This document shows, in pieces, positions 13,532 to 24,655 of a stretch of 64,000 nt of DNA. The translations under genes and the position numbers were made by a program. The stretch comes from Podarcis filfolensis. Lineage: Eukaryota. The first letter of the stretch is position 1. Each line of letters starts with the position of its first letter. Under the pieces are notes generated by a model that did not search any database, had not been told where the DNA came from, and was given only the letters and a program-made list of their open reading frames with translations. The stretch is taken from the NCBI GenBank assembly GCA_964270895.1, contig OZ185441.1. The stretch is one strand, 5' to 3'.

Positions 13532-13571
13532 TGCAGTTCCTTGAGTGGTCCTCTAAGTGTCAGTGTTGGCC
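13532..13571 (+). promoter_or_regulatory. Pcdh CSE / CTCF site (CAGT variant)
   Basis: TGCAG at 13532; CAGT at 13561 (29 bp); identical to the 2186 site. Confidence 0.75.
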
Positions 13572-13842
13572 AGTATGAGAGCCAGAGAGAGGATAGAGAT
13601 CCAGTGATGCTTCCTGGACTGCAGTAACTCCCATCACTGCTGTTCAGATCAGGCCAACTGAAGAGCACAGAGACAGGGAACTCTTGCAGAGAAGGAAAAA
13701 TCTCTTTTGCTTTGCACAAATATAAGAATAAGGCAGTTTATTCTTCTTCAGTGATACCTCATGTTGTTTTCTTCATCACTGTGAGAGCTTGAGCATAGGA
13801 AACTGAAAAAGGAAGCAGCCTGTTTTTGAGAGAACCAGCCAG

Positions 13843-16263
13843 ATGGAGAGAAGGCACCCAGGGAATGGCAGGGCGCTCACAAGGCAAGTACTGCTTCTCT
13901 CTCTATTGTCTTTTACCTGTTGGGCTGCATCAGAGCAGATTCATTATTCAACCCCTGAGGAGATGGCAAAGGGTTCCGTTGTGGGGAACCTCGCCAAGGA
14001 CCTGGGACTGAGCACCAAAGAACTAAAACATCGCAATCTGCACACTGTGTCTGTGGCTAAAATGCAGCATTTCAGTATCAATGCAGAGAATGGAAACCTC
14101 TATGTAAATGATAGAATTGATAGGGAGGGGATATGTGGCAAAAATCCACTTTGCTTTGTTCAGTTTGAAGTTGTGGTGGAAAACCCTCTGAATGTTTTCC
14201 ATGTCACAGTAGAAATCCAGGATGTTAATGATAATGCACCCCAATTCCTGAATAGCAATATCGATTTAGAGATCCTTGAATCCACTCTGCTAGGCACTCG
14301 ATTTCTCCTTGGGAAAGCGGAAGATCCTGACATTGGGATGAACTCTCTCCAGGATTACCAGCTGAGCTCCAATCAGTACTTCAATTTGGAAGTTAGAGAG
14401 AGAAAAGATGGAAATAAATATGCCGAATTGGTGTTGCAGAAATCTTTGGATCGGGAAAAAGAACAAACCCTTCACTTAGTACTTACCGCAATGGATGGGG
14501 GTGAGCCTAGGAAAACTGGAACAGCCCAGATACGGATTAATATCACTGATGCCAATGACAACCCTCCCATTTTCACTCAAGAGGTGTACAAGGTCAGTTT
14601 GCGTGAAAATGCTCCTATTGGATCCACGGTGCTCCAGGTCATAGCCTCTGATGATGATGAAGGTTCATATGCCCAAATCAGGTATTATTTCAGCAACATA
14701 CCAGCAACTTCCCAAGAGAAATTCAGTCTAGATCCCATTGGTGGCGTAATCACCCTCTTGGAGCGACTGGATTTTGAGGACAACGATGAATATACTATGA
14801 CGGTTGCTGCAAAAGATGGTGGGGGATTGGTGACTCATTCCAATATTGAGATAAGGGTTCTTGATGAGAATGATAATGCCCCGGATGTGACCTTAACCTC
14901 CATGTTCAGCCCAGTTCCTGAAGATTCACCATCTGAAACCTTAATTGCTCTGATCAATGTAAATGACAAAGATGCCGGTGAAAATGGAAAAGTTACCTGC
15001 TATTTAAACAGTGATTTGCCCTTCAAGATTATTTCCTCATCTAACAATTTCTACAAACTTCTGACAGTCAGCCCTTTGGACAGAGAAAAAGCTCCTGCAT
15101 ATAATATTACAATCACAGCCACTGATAAAGGAACTCCACCTCTTTCCACACACAAAACAATCTCACTACAGATCTCAGATATCAATGATAATGCCCCTAC
15201 ATTTCAGAGATCAACCTACAGCATCTATGTGCCAGAAAACAATCCTTCAGGTGCTTCCATTTTCACCATCAAAGCCTCTGATCCCGATATGGATCAGAAC
15301 TCACGGATCACATACTCCATCCTCAACAGCAACATCGAGGAGCTTCCTATCTCCTCCTATATCTCCATTAATTCAGAGACCGGCACCATCTATGCCCAGA
15401 GATCCTTTGACTATGAACAATTCAGAGAGTTCCATCTGCAAGTGAAGGCCCAAGATGGGGGTTCTCCCCCTCTCAGCAGCAATGTGAGCGTCAGGGTGTT
15501 TGTTCTTGACAGGAATGATAACAGCCCTCGTATCCTGTCCCCCTCACAAGAAGCCAAGGGCTCAGCCTTGTTTGAGATGGTGCCTCGTTCGGCCGAGGCA
15601 GATTATCTTGTCACCAAGGTGGTGGCCGTGGATGCAGATTCTGGACACAACGCCTGGCTCTCCTACCACCTGACTCAGGCCACTGAGCCGGCACTCTTCA
15701 CGGTTGGTTCTCATACTGGAGAGATCAGGACCGCCAGGGCCTTTGTGGAGAGAGACGCTGTGAAACAGAGACTGGTCATTATGGTGAAGGATAACGGGCA
15801 GCCGTCTCTCTCGGCCACCATGACTCTGAACCTGGTGTTTGCTGAGAACTTTCAGGAGGCCCTTCCGGAAATGAAGAGCCAACCCAGCAGCTCGGAGTAT
15901 CAGTCTGACCTGCAGTTCTACTTGGTGCTGGCCTTAGCTGTGATCTCCTTCTTGTTCCTCTTGACTGTGATTCTGGCCGTTACAATGAAGCTCCGTCAGT
16001 CAGGGCATCCCAGGTTCCTACAGTGCTTTGGTCCTGTTCCCCATTCCAAGAATGGTGCCATCTTCCCACCCAACTTTGAAGATGGGACTTTGCCCTATTC
16101 CTACCAGCTGTGTCTGTCTTCTGAAACCAGGAAGAACGAGTTTGCCTTCCTAACACCCAATGTTCAGATGGTAGACAATATTCTTGGCAGTGAGAAACCT
16201 GCTGTGCCTTTTACAGGCAACAGTGGAAACAATTTTCTTTCCGAGATGGCTAATGGTGAAGAG
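13843..16263 (+). CDS. Protocadherin gamma-B-like variable exon (B1-type, copy 2)
   Basis: Paralog of the 2498 exon with the same architecture. Donor GAG|GTAAGG at 16264 after 807 codons, phase 0. Confidence 0.93.
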
Positions 16264-16773
16264 GTAAGGTTTGTTCTCTGCAGTTACATGCATGGTACAC
16301 TCTGTAGTTCTTTACCATTAAGTGACATTTCAATACAACCTTTTATACATCATATGTTCTTGCCTTTTCATTTTTCAGACTTTAGTTAATTTTCCATCTA
16401 GATTCATGAATCATCATCTTCTTTATATATAGTAAACAGCTGAGGCTAAACTACCTGTTGCAGGTATAGTCTATTTTCTCCATTGCATTTTGAGATTTCC
16501 AGTTCAGTCCTAACCATATCTACCCAGATGTGAGTTCTGTTGAATTCAGTGTGACTTTCTGTCAGGTAAGAGTGCTTAGGATTTAAGCTTTGGAATTTGA
16601 ATAGTGGGAACATGAAATTAAATGAAGTGAAATGGATATATATATTGCTTATTTAATCTTATGAGTGGGTGTGGAATGTGCCGACGTTTTTATTATATAA
16701 TTGCGGAGGTGTACTTCTTTCTGTATGGCAGTTGTGTGCTATTGGGTTCAATGGGGCTTACTCCCAGATTGTG

Positions 16774-17023
16774 CAGTCCTACCTTGGAAGTCAAACAGAA
16801 TCCATTCTGGAAGTCCGTTTGACTTCCAAAACCTTTGAAAACCAAATTTAGCTTCTGATTGGCTGTAGGAAGCTCCTGCAGCCAATCAGAAGTCTCAGAA
16901 CCCCCATCAGACATTCAGGTTCCAAAAAAATGTTTGCAAACCGGAACAATCACTTCCGGGTTTGCAGCATTCGGGAGCCAAAACGTCCGAGTTCCAGGGT
17001 GTTCGGGATCCAAAGTACAATTG
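16774..17023. mobile_element. Degenerate Tc1/mariner-type MITE
   Basis: Decayed termini (CAGTCCTACCTTGG / CCAAAGTACAATTG, related to the 36518 TIR) and a 3' TA. Internal hairpin with 19-bp arms at 16852-16892. Present only in the second duplicate unit. Confidence 0.6.
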
Positions 17024-19440
17024 TATTTCAGCTTTCCAGCATAAGTAGCTTGAACATTAAATAATATAGTAAATGAGGAAGATAATTATTTTCTTCTCAT
17101 TTCATGACATGGGGTGGGAGCAATGTACTGGTGCTTCTATTTTATAATCATAGCCCCCTTCTTTCTTTCCTTTTAAATCAAGAATGGTCAACTACAACAT
17201 TCAATTATTGAAGTACAATGTATCATTTTTCACCAGTAGTGCGTTGTAGCTACCTGGATTTAAAATAATATGGTTTCACTAGGTCTAAAATGATTTTAAT
17301 CTAGGATATACTAGAGTCCTTGCAGAAGTTTGAATAGGCTACTTGTGGTTCATGTTGAAGAACATTGTACAAAGTACTTTGACATCATGGTTCGGATCTA
17401 GAGTTTCCCTGTTTCATTTAACAGTGCAGATTGGATTTCACTGATCAAATTGTTGGTATTTAATTGAGCACTGGATGCAATGCTTAACCCATTGTTTTAA
17501 TGTAGGAGGTCATGTGTAATGTGGATGCAACCTTTTTATGTGTATCTTTGAACTCCACAGAAGATACTTTTACTTTAATCTTTCGGAGGTGTAAATTGTG
17601 CAGCATGTTCTCAATGCTGCCTATGTGGACAGTTGGGGTGGGCATGGTGGCACCATTCTCTAGGCCTCTGTTTTGGCATGGCAGTATCTGGCCTTCTCCT
17701 TCTAGCTTCAAACAAGGCAGGATCTATCAGTTCCCAGTTGGGGCTGAATGGTAGTATTTTGTTCTTGTTGCTAAATTGGCCGAATGAGAGGATGAATGGC
17801 AGGAGCTTTCTCATCTGCTAGGCAGTCAATAATTAAACACTGGCTGTATTTGGACCCCAGCCATTCTTTTTAAATGTGCCACAACTGGCAAGTGCTATGT
17901 AGGTTAGAAAACATAAGGATCCTATAGTGAGCAGCCCAAGACCTGAAAGGAGAGTTACCCAAACCAACCTCCATGGTATTCTTACTAATATGGGAGAATC
18001 TGGTCATGGCAATTATTCGTCTGTACTGATGACCGCATTGACTTACTGGCTCAGGGCTGATGATACCTAAAGGTCCTCATTTGCACTCAGTGGAGCTGGG
18101 GAGGAGGGCACTGAAGAGAAAAGACCAGTTTCAATATTGATCCAATACTTGGACCCAGAATGGCGACAACTGTTTAATGTGTCTGGCAGAAAAGACAGTT
18201 CCTAGCCTCCATCTTGGCATTAAGTATGCCATCACTGAGGTTGTAGAAGTAGTATTATTTAATCATATGTAGATCAGACTTGTAAGTAAATAAGTTGTGG
18301 CACATAGACAAAACCATTAACTGTGTCTGGCTTCATGCTGGGGTGTGGAGGCAAACATAGACCACACTTTTTTTTCTTTTTACCTGTATTGTGTAGATGA
18401 ATCATGTTTCAGTATGTGTGATATAAAATCCACCACCAGGTCAAGACTAATTGGCAGTGGTCTTCTAGAGTAGAGCGTGGATATTGGTTATTTAGCTGGA
18501 GATACATTAATGCCCTTTATGCACAACTAGTTGATCATATTTATTTTATAGTTGTAAACTGCTTAGAGACTGCTTTTGCTGAAGAAATGTGAATTGTGGC
18601 TATCTTGGAAGGTATATGTATTATTTAGGGTTATGTATATAGTGGACTGGATCCAGACTTGGCCATACATAGAGCCGAACATTGAGATCAACTTGGCAAG
18701 TTAGCTATTACTGAGTTAAACCACATTGATTTTCGTGGATCAGCTATAACCATGACTAAGGCTGCTATCCAAATCCTGGCTTGGGCGTCGTGAGGCATAA
18801 CAGAGCAAAGAGACCACTGTCACATCCGCAGCATTGCTGCTGGTCTGGGCAGAAGGTGGAGGGGCACCTCACTTGGACCCAGTGCCACCACGGGACAGTA
18901 CTGGGACTGGCTCCTGTCTCTCCCTGTCCTTGTCCCCTTTCAGAATTTTTCATCAGCTGCCATGAGTGGAGATCCCACTGGCATGACTTCTAACCAAGCA
19001 TACATTTGGCAGAGGGAACAGGCAATTCTGCCCCAGCAGAGTGACCCCCTGTGGGTAGAGGCCAGTAGAGGCTGGTAGGGCTTGGCTGAGGAACAGCTCC
19101 AACCAATCCAAACCCTACCACCACCAGCGCAGTGCAAAAGATTGCAGGCTAAGTCTGGAGCTAAATCTGAGTAAAGTTCCTCAAATATCCAGGATTTGTC
19201 AGAACAGCTACATTACCTCCTGGGTTATAATACTTATAATGTATAATATTATATAGCATTAGTGCAATTATTCCCATACTGCAGGAAGAGCCTTGAGGGA
19301 AGTGTGGCTTACTTAAGGGAACCTGCTGAGTTCGTGCCAAATGCAGGACATAAACTGCATTACTATTCTGTTTCTTACACTACACCAGCTGAAGACACTT
19401 AAAGCACATTGAACACTTGAATTGCACTTAATTCAATTTA

Positions 19441-19558
19441 TAAACAGAGGTTGGATGGCCATCTGCCATGGATGCTTTAACTGAGATTCCTGCATTGCTG
19501 GGGGTTGAACTAGATGACCCCTGGGGTCACTTCCAACTCTAAGATTCCATCATTCTAT
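19441..19558 (+). mobile_element. CR1 LINE 3' end
   Basis: GGTTGGATGGCCATCTG..GGGGTTGAACTAGATGACC..TTCCAACTCTAAGATTC..ATTCTAT, the CR1 3' stem-loop and ATTCTRTG-like tail. Confidence 0.75.
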
Positions 19559-19976
19559 CTCTCCTTCTTTGGAAGTTTTTAAAACCTTGAATAAAATAAA
19601 TTCCTCAATTCTCCCATCGTCTTTTTCTTTATACACCGTAACACTTCATAGAGAAATCCACTAGAGAAATTCAATTTTTCTCTTAGAGAGGTTTACAGAT
19701 TGATATTCTTGGTAAAAATTGTAAGTGCTTTAAATTGAGGAAATGAATCTATACTATGTTTTTATTGCTTGTTCTTTACTGCAAATACTCCTTTGAAGTT
19801 GATATTTTTTTACCTGTAATACTAGTGAAAAGATAACACAAACAAAACACAAATATTTCTGCTTTATAACAGAAGAGGGTTCACATATCCTGTATCAGAA
19901 TATAGTTTGAGTCATTAAATATAAATACCACCATGCCATGTCATGAATTAGGGAAGAAAAATCACTGGGAAAAGAT

Positions 19977-20015
19977 TGCAGTTCTCTGCTTCAGACTCAC
20001 AGTGTCACTGTTGGA
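19977..20015 (+). promoter_or_regulatory. Pcdh CSE / CTCF site (CACT variant)
   Basis: TGCAG at 19977; CACT at 20006 (29 bp); identical to the 9034 site. Confidence 0.75.
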
Positions 20016-20268
20016 CAAGGCGGCAATCCAAGGGCAGCTGAAGTTCCACTGATGCTTTCTGCAGAGAGATCTCTTTGTCCCAAACTGCACATCGGGAATA
20101 CCAGCAGACGCTGCAACAGCAGACGCTTTCAGCTGAGAAAGAAAAAAGAAAACACTGCAGCATATACAAATTAAGCCAAAGGATCCAGTTCTTTTTTTAC
20201 TGGACAAAAAAATATCTCCTGTCTTGGTGGAAATCTGAAATCCTGTGCTCATCAAAGAGAAGAGGAAA

Positions 20269-22698
20269 ATGAAGAGAAGAGAAATCCTTCATGGAGAGAG
20301 CTTTCAAACATCAGGGAGGTATATAACACTTCTGATATTTTCATCTTTGTTCTGTGGAGCAGTTTTGGAAGAGGTTAACTATTCCATCCCTGAGGAGATG
20401 GCAAAGGGATCTTTGGTGGGAAATCTTGCCAAGGATCTAGGACTGAATGCCAGAGACCTGAAGAACAGAAACCTGCATATCCTTTCTGAAGGTAAAAAGC
20501 CATATTTCACTATCAATGCTGAAAATGGAAATCTGCATGTGAATGAGAGGATAGATCGTGAGGGAATGTGTAGAGAGAGCACACACTGCATTATTGATTT
20601 TGAAGCTGTGGTTGAAAAGCCATTGAATGTTTTCCATGTAAGTGTAGCAATTCAGGACATTAATGATAATGCCCCACAATTCATAAAGGGCAATATTGGG
20701 CTTCAAATAATTGAATCCACATTGCCAGGTGCCAAATTTCTTCTTGGGAAAGCTCAAGATCCTGATATTGGGATTAATTCTCTCCAAAATTACCAGCTAA
20801 GTTCAAATCACTATTTCACTGTAGAGATTCGACAGAGAGAAGATGGCCATAAATATGCAGAATTGGTGTTGCAGAAACCTTTGGATCGGGAAAGTGATCA
20901 CTCCCTTCAGTTGATCCTTACGGCCCTGGATGGGGGTGAGCCCAGAAAAACTGGGACTACCCAGATATGGATTAACATCACAGATGCCAATGACAACCCA
21001 CCAGTCTTCACTCAAGAGGTTTATACAGTTAGCCTGAGGGAAAATTTCCCCGTGGGGTCCCCAATACTCCAAGTAAAAGCCTCTGATAGGGATGAAGGTC
21101 TGAATGCACATATTAGTTATATTTTTAATAACATCCCAGAAACAGCCCACCAATTATTTGAACTAGATCCACAAAGCGGAACAATTACAATTAAGGAAGC
21201 TCTTGACTTCGAAGAAACAGAGAGGTACAGTATGACCGTTGAAGCAAGAGATGGAGGAGGATTAGTGGCTCACTGTAATGTTGATATAAAGATTATAGAT
21301 GAGAATGACAATGCCCCAGAGATCATTCTGGCCTCCTTATCTAGTCCGATTCCGGAAGACTCTGTTTCTGGAACAGTAATTGCTCTCATCAACGTAAAGG
21401 ATAGGGATTCTGGAGGAAACGGAAAGATTACCTGCCACTTACAAAGTAATGTTCCATTTAAAATAGCATCAATATCTAAGAATAACTACAAAATCCACAC
21501 CGACAGTCCATTGGACAGAGAAAAAGCCTCAGGATACAACATCACAATCACGGCCACCGACAAAGGTAGCCCCCCTCTCTCCTCCAACAAAACCATCTTC
21601 CTGAAGATTTCAGACATCAATGACAACCCCCCTGCCTTTGAAAAATCAACCTACAGTGTCTTTGTGCCTGAAAATAATCCCTCAGGTGCCTCCATTTTTG
21701 CCCTCAAAGCCTCGGACCCAGATCTGGACCGCAACTCACGTATCACTTACTCCATCCTCAACAGCAACATGGAGGAGCTGCCTCTCTCCTCTTATGTCTC
21801 CATCAACTCTGAGACGGGAACTATCTATGCACAGCGCTCCTTTGACTATGAGCAATTCAGGGAGTTTCACATCCAAGTGAAGGCCCAAGATGGCGGCTCT
21901 CCCTCTCTCAGCAACAACACCACCGTGTGGGTGTACATTTTGGATCAGAACGATAACAGCCCTCGCGTTCTGTATCCTGTCCCGGGTGTTGAGGGCTCTG
22001 CTTTGTTTGAGATGGTTCCTCACTCAGCAGACCCAGGCTACCTCGTGACCAAAGTGGTGGCTGTGGACGCTGACTCTGGGCACAATGCCTGGCTCTCCTA
22101 CCAAGTGCTGCAGGCCACAGAGCCGGCCCTCTTCACCATTGGGACCCACACAGGAGAGATCAGGACGTCACGAGCCCTTCTGGAGAAAGATGCTGTGAAA
22201 CAGAAGCTGGTCATCTTGGTGAAGGACAATGGGAAGGCTCCGCTCTCAGCTACTGTGGTCCTCAACCTCGTGGTTGCTGAGAACTTCCAGGAGGCACTTC
22301 CAGAAATGACTAGGCAATCCAGTGACACAGAGCATCATTCTGACCTCCAGTTTTACTTGGTGCTGGCTTTGGCATTGATCTCATTTTTATTCCTCCTGAC
22401 AGTGATACTGGTCATTGTCATGAAACTTCGACAATCAGGAAATCCGAAATTATTCCAATGCTTTCAACCTAATGCTTTTTCTAAGGCACAGGTCATATTT
22501 CCACCAAACTATGAAGAAGGAACTTTACCTTATTCCTACCAACTCTGCCTATCGTCAGAGATGAGGAAAGAGCAGATCTCTTTCCCAAAACCCCATATCC
22601 AGGTTTCAGAAAACTTGCTATGCAATGATAGCTCTCAGGTGGTTCTTGTGGATGGCAACTGTGGGGATGCCAGTGCCAAAGAGGAGGTTGGTGAGCAG
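20269..22698 (+). CDS. Protocadherin gamma-B-like variable exon (B2-type, copy 2)
   Basis: ATG at 20269 (the track start at 20245 is GTG). Paralog of the 9320 exon. Donor CAG|GTAAGC at 22699 after 810 codons, phase 0. Confidence 0.93.
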
Positions 22699-23049
22699 GT
22701 AAGCTTTGCTTTCAGAAACAGCATTGCTCCTTATAGGAATAAAACTAATATTTTTATTTTGTTTTACTATATAAGGGGGCTAGATTCCGCTCAGAAGCTC
22801 CATTCTTGGATGACAGCAAAAAAAACCCAAAAGCACAATGCTTCTAGGACTAGAGGTAATATAGTTACCAAGCCAGTGACAGCCTCATCCATAATAAATT
22901 TCTTTATTAAATTTACATCCTGCCATTTTCCCTGTAGGAGCCCACAAATGATCTAATCCCCTTTTAAAGCCATCTAAGTTGGTGGTGATCACTGTATCTT
23001 GTGTTAACAAATTCCATAGTGGAACTATAATTTCATAGTTTAAGCACCT

Positions 23050-23135
23050 AAAAGGTAAAGGTAAAGGTAAAGGTACCCCTGCCCGTATGGGTCAGTCGTG
23101 TCCGACTCTGGGGTTGCGCGCCCATCTCGCTTAAG
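23050..23135 (-). mobile_element. Sauria SINE 3' fragment
   Basis: (AAAGGT)n, the reverse of the (ACCTTT)n tail, followed by AGTCGTGTCCGACTCT. That 16-mer is shared with the BovB copy at 28321-28336. Confidence 0.75.
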
Positions 23136-24057
23136 ATGTTCCTTACCTCCAGAATTTGGCAGATTGTAAAGATTCAACTGTAAGGACTTGTAAGGAAACT
23201 ATAATCAAAAGCACAGAAAACAGCACTTCTGAAAGACAGAGGGAGCAGACGCTAGATGAATACTGTTATACGAGTCAGCATTGTGATGCTGTGGAGCAAA
23301 AGAGCTGGACCATGTGTAGTTTGCAATTACAGGAGAACTCTTGGAGTAGCCAGATTCCTACTACGGACCAAGAAGAACTTGTCTTCTGTTCTGGACACAT
23401 GCATTCCATACATGCTGATTGACAGACATCTAACAACTTAGGAAAGATTCAAAAAAGAATTATTCCAGCCCTTCTGCTGAAGAAAATAATTATAATAAAT
23501 AAATTTTCAGAAAATGTTTAATTAAGCATCCATTAGTTTGCATTTTTCATATATATATATTTTTAGAATGTTTTACTTTGAAATTATTTTACAAGTTCCC
23601 TCCCCTCACCCGCCCTCATAATGTTTTGTGAGGAATTCCTAGTAGATGCTGTGATGTATTAAGCCTTGAAAAGACACACATATTTCCAGTAAAAATGTTT
23701 TTAAAATACTATATATATTTAGGAGTCAATGTTCCAAGAGCTAGGGAAAATGCATGGAAACATAAGATTTTCATGATTTCCATCTAACATTAGGATTCCT
23801 GTGTACAAATTTCCATACTTGTTTATGCGGTAACAGTGGAGTTGCGCATTACATACCTATGTAGAAAACTTAATCTTACCAAGGGAGGTTTAACTGACTT
23901 GTTGGTTATTGGGGTTCTCTCCTTTTCTAGCGAATAAGAATCCACTTCTACGCTTACAAAGGATAACTTGGTGTTTCATGATAAATTAAAATAAATACTC
24001 ACTTGGTTTTGTTTATCTGTGAAACAGTGTGCACATCAGCAGCATTCCAGCTTATGT

Positions 24058-24200
24058 GGGATAGCTCAGCCAGTAGAGTATGAGACTTTTAATCTCAGGG
24101 ATGTGGGTTTGAGCCCCATGTGGGACAAAAAGATTCCTGAATTGCAGGGGATTGGACTAGATCACCTTTGTGGTGCCTTCCAAATCTGTGATCCTATTAT
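24058..24200 (+). mobile_element. tRNA-Lys-derived SINE with CR1-like 3' tail
   Basis: Head GGATAGCTCAGCCAGTAGAGTATGAGACTTTTAATCTCAGGG aligns to tRNA-Lys(UUU); the B box is mutated (GGTTTGAGCCC). Followed by GATTCCTG..TTGCAGGGG..TTGGACTAGAT..CCTTCCAA, a CR1 tail. Confidence 0.75.
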
Positions 24201-24324
24201 ATGTCTTGTGTATTGACGCAAATAAATGCATTAAATTGATAGAGCAAGGAAACACGAGCATGACATTTAGTGATAAAACGGGTTAGTAATTAATTTGTGC
24301 ATTGTATTTAAATATTTCTCATTA

Positions 24325-24328
<4 letters not shown>

Positions 24329-24374
<46 letters not shown>
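24329..24374. repeat. (TA)23 microsatellite
   Basis: Read directly; ends 55 bp upstream of the gamma-A CSE. Confidence 0.97.
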
Positions 24375-24380
<6 letters not shown>

Positions 24381-24428
24381 CATGGAGTTGGATATACAAT
24401 GAGAATCGAAACAAAAAAATGTAGTGTG

Positions 24429-24467
24429 TGCAGTTCCTGGCTGTGACTCTGAGTGTCGCTGTTGACC
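24429..24467 (+). promoter_or_regulatory. Pcdh CSE / CTCF site (canonical CGCT)
   Basis: TGCAG at 24429; GAGTGT-CGCT-GTTGACC with CGCT at 24457 (28 bp); 199 bp upstream of the ATG. Confidence 0.85.
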
Positions 24468-24655
24468 AACCAAGGCTAAGAAATACACTGAGAAATTCAG
24501 CCTTCCCAGATGAGCAGCTCAGCTCAGAAAATGCTGAGAGATCAGAGTTTCAGTGAACATTTTTGCGTTGGGAATCTCAGCTGCAAGTCCCTTTCTGGCA
24601 ACACTCAGTCATCCTGAAACACAGATCTCCTCAACAGCTTCATATCAGACCAGGA

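Larger units (their letters stand above)
50..22719 (+). repeat. Tandem segmental duplication of a B1+B2 two-gene unit
   Basis: About 50-11770 aligns collinearly to about 12478-22719, intergenic DNA included (61 vs 12488, 1060 vs 13455, 5190 vs 16437, 6648-7451 vs 17361-18156, 8925 vs 19873). Confidence 0.85.

Noticed and set aside
16852-16892. 19-bp-arm hairpin as a possible ncRNA or terminator
   Set aside because: It is internal to a decayed mariner-type MITE.
20102-20127. 11-bp CAGCAGACGCT duplication in one B2 5' region
   Set aside because: Real but trivial; no supportable function.
24058-24130. tRNA-Lys(UUU) gene
   Set aside because: Acceptor stem and B box are mutated and it runs into a CR1 tail, so it is a SINE head.
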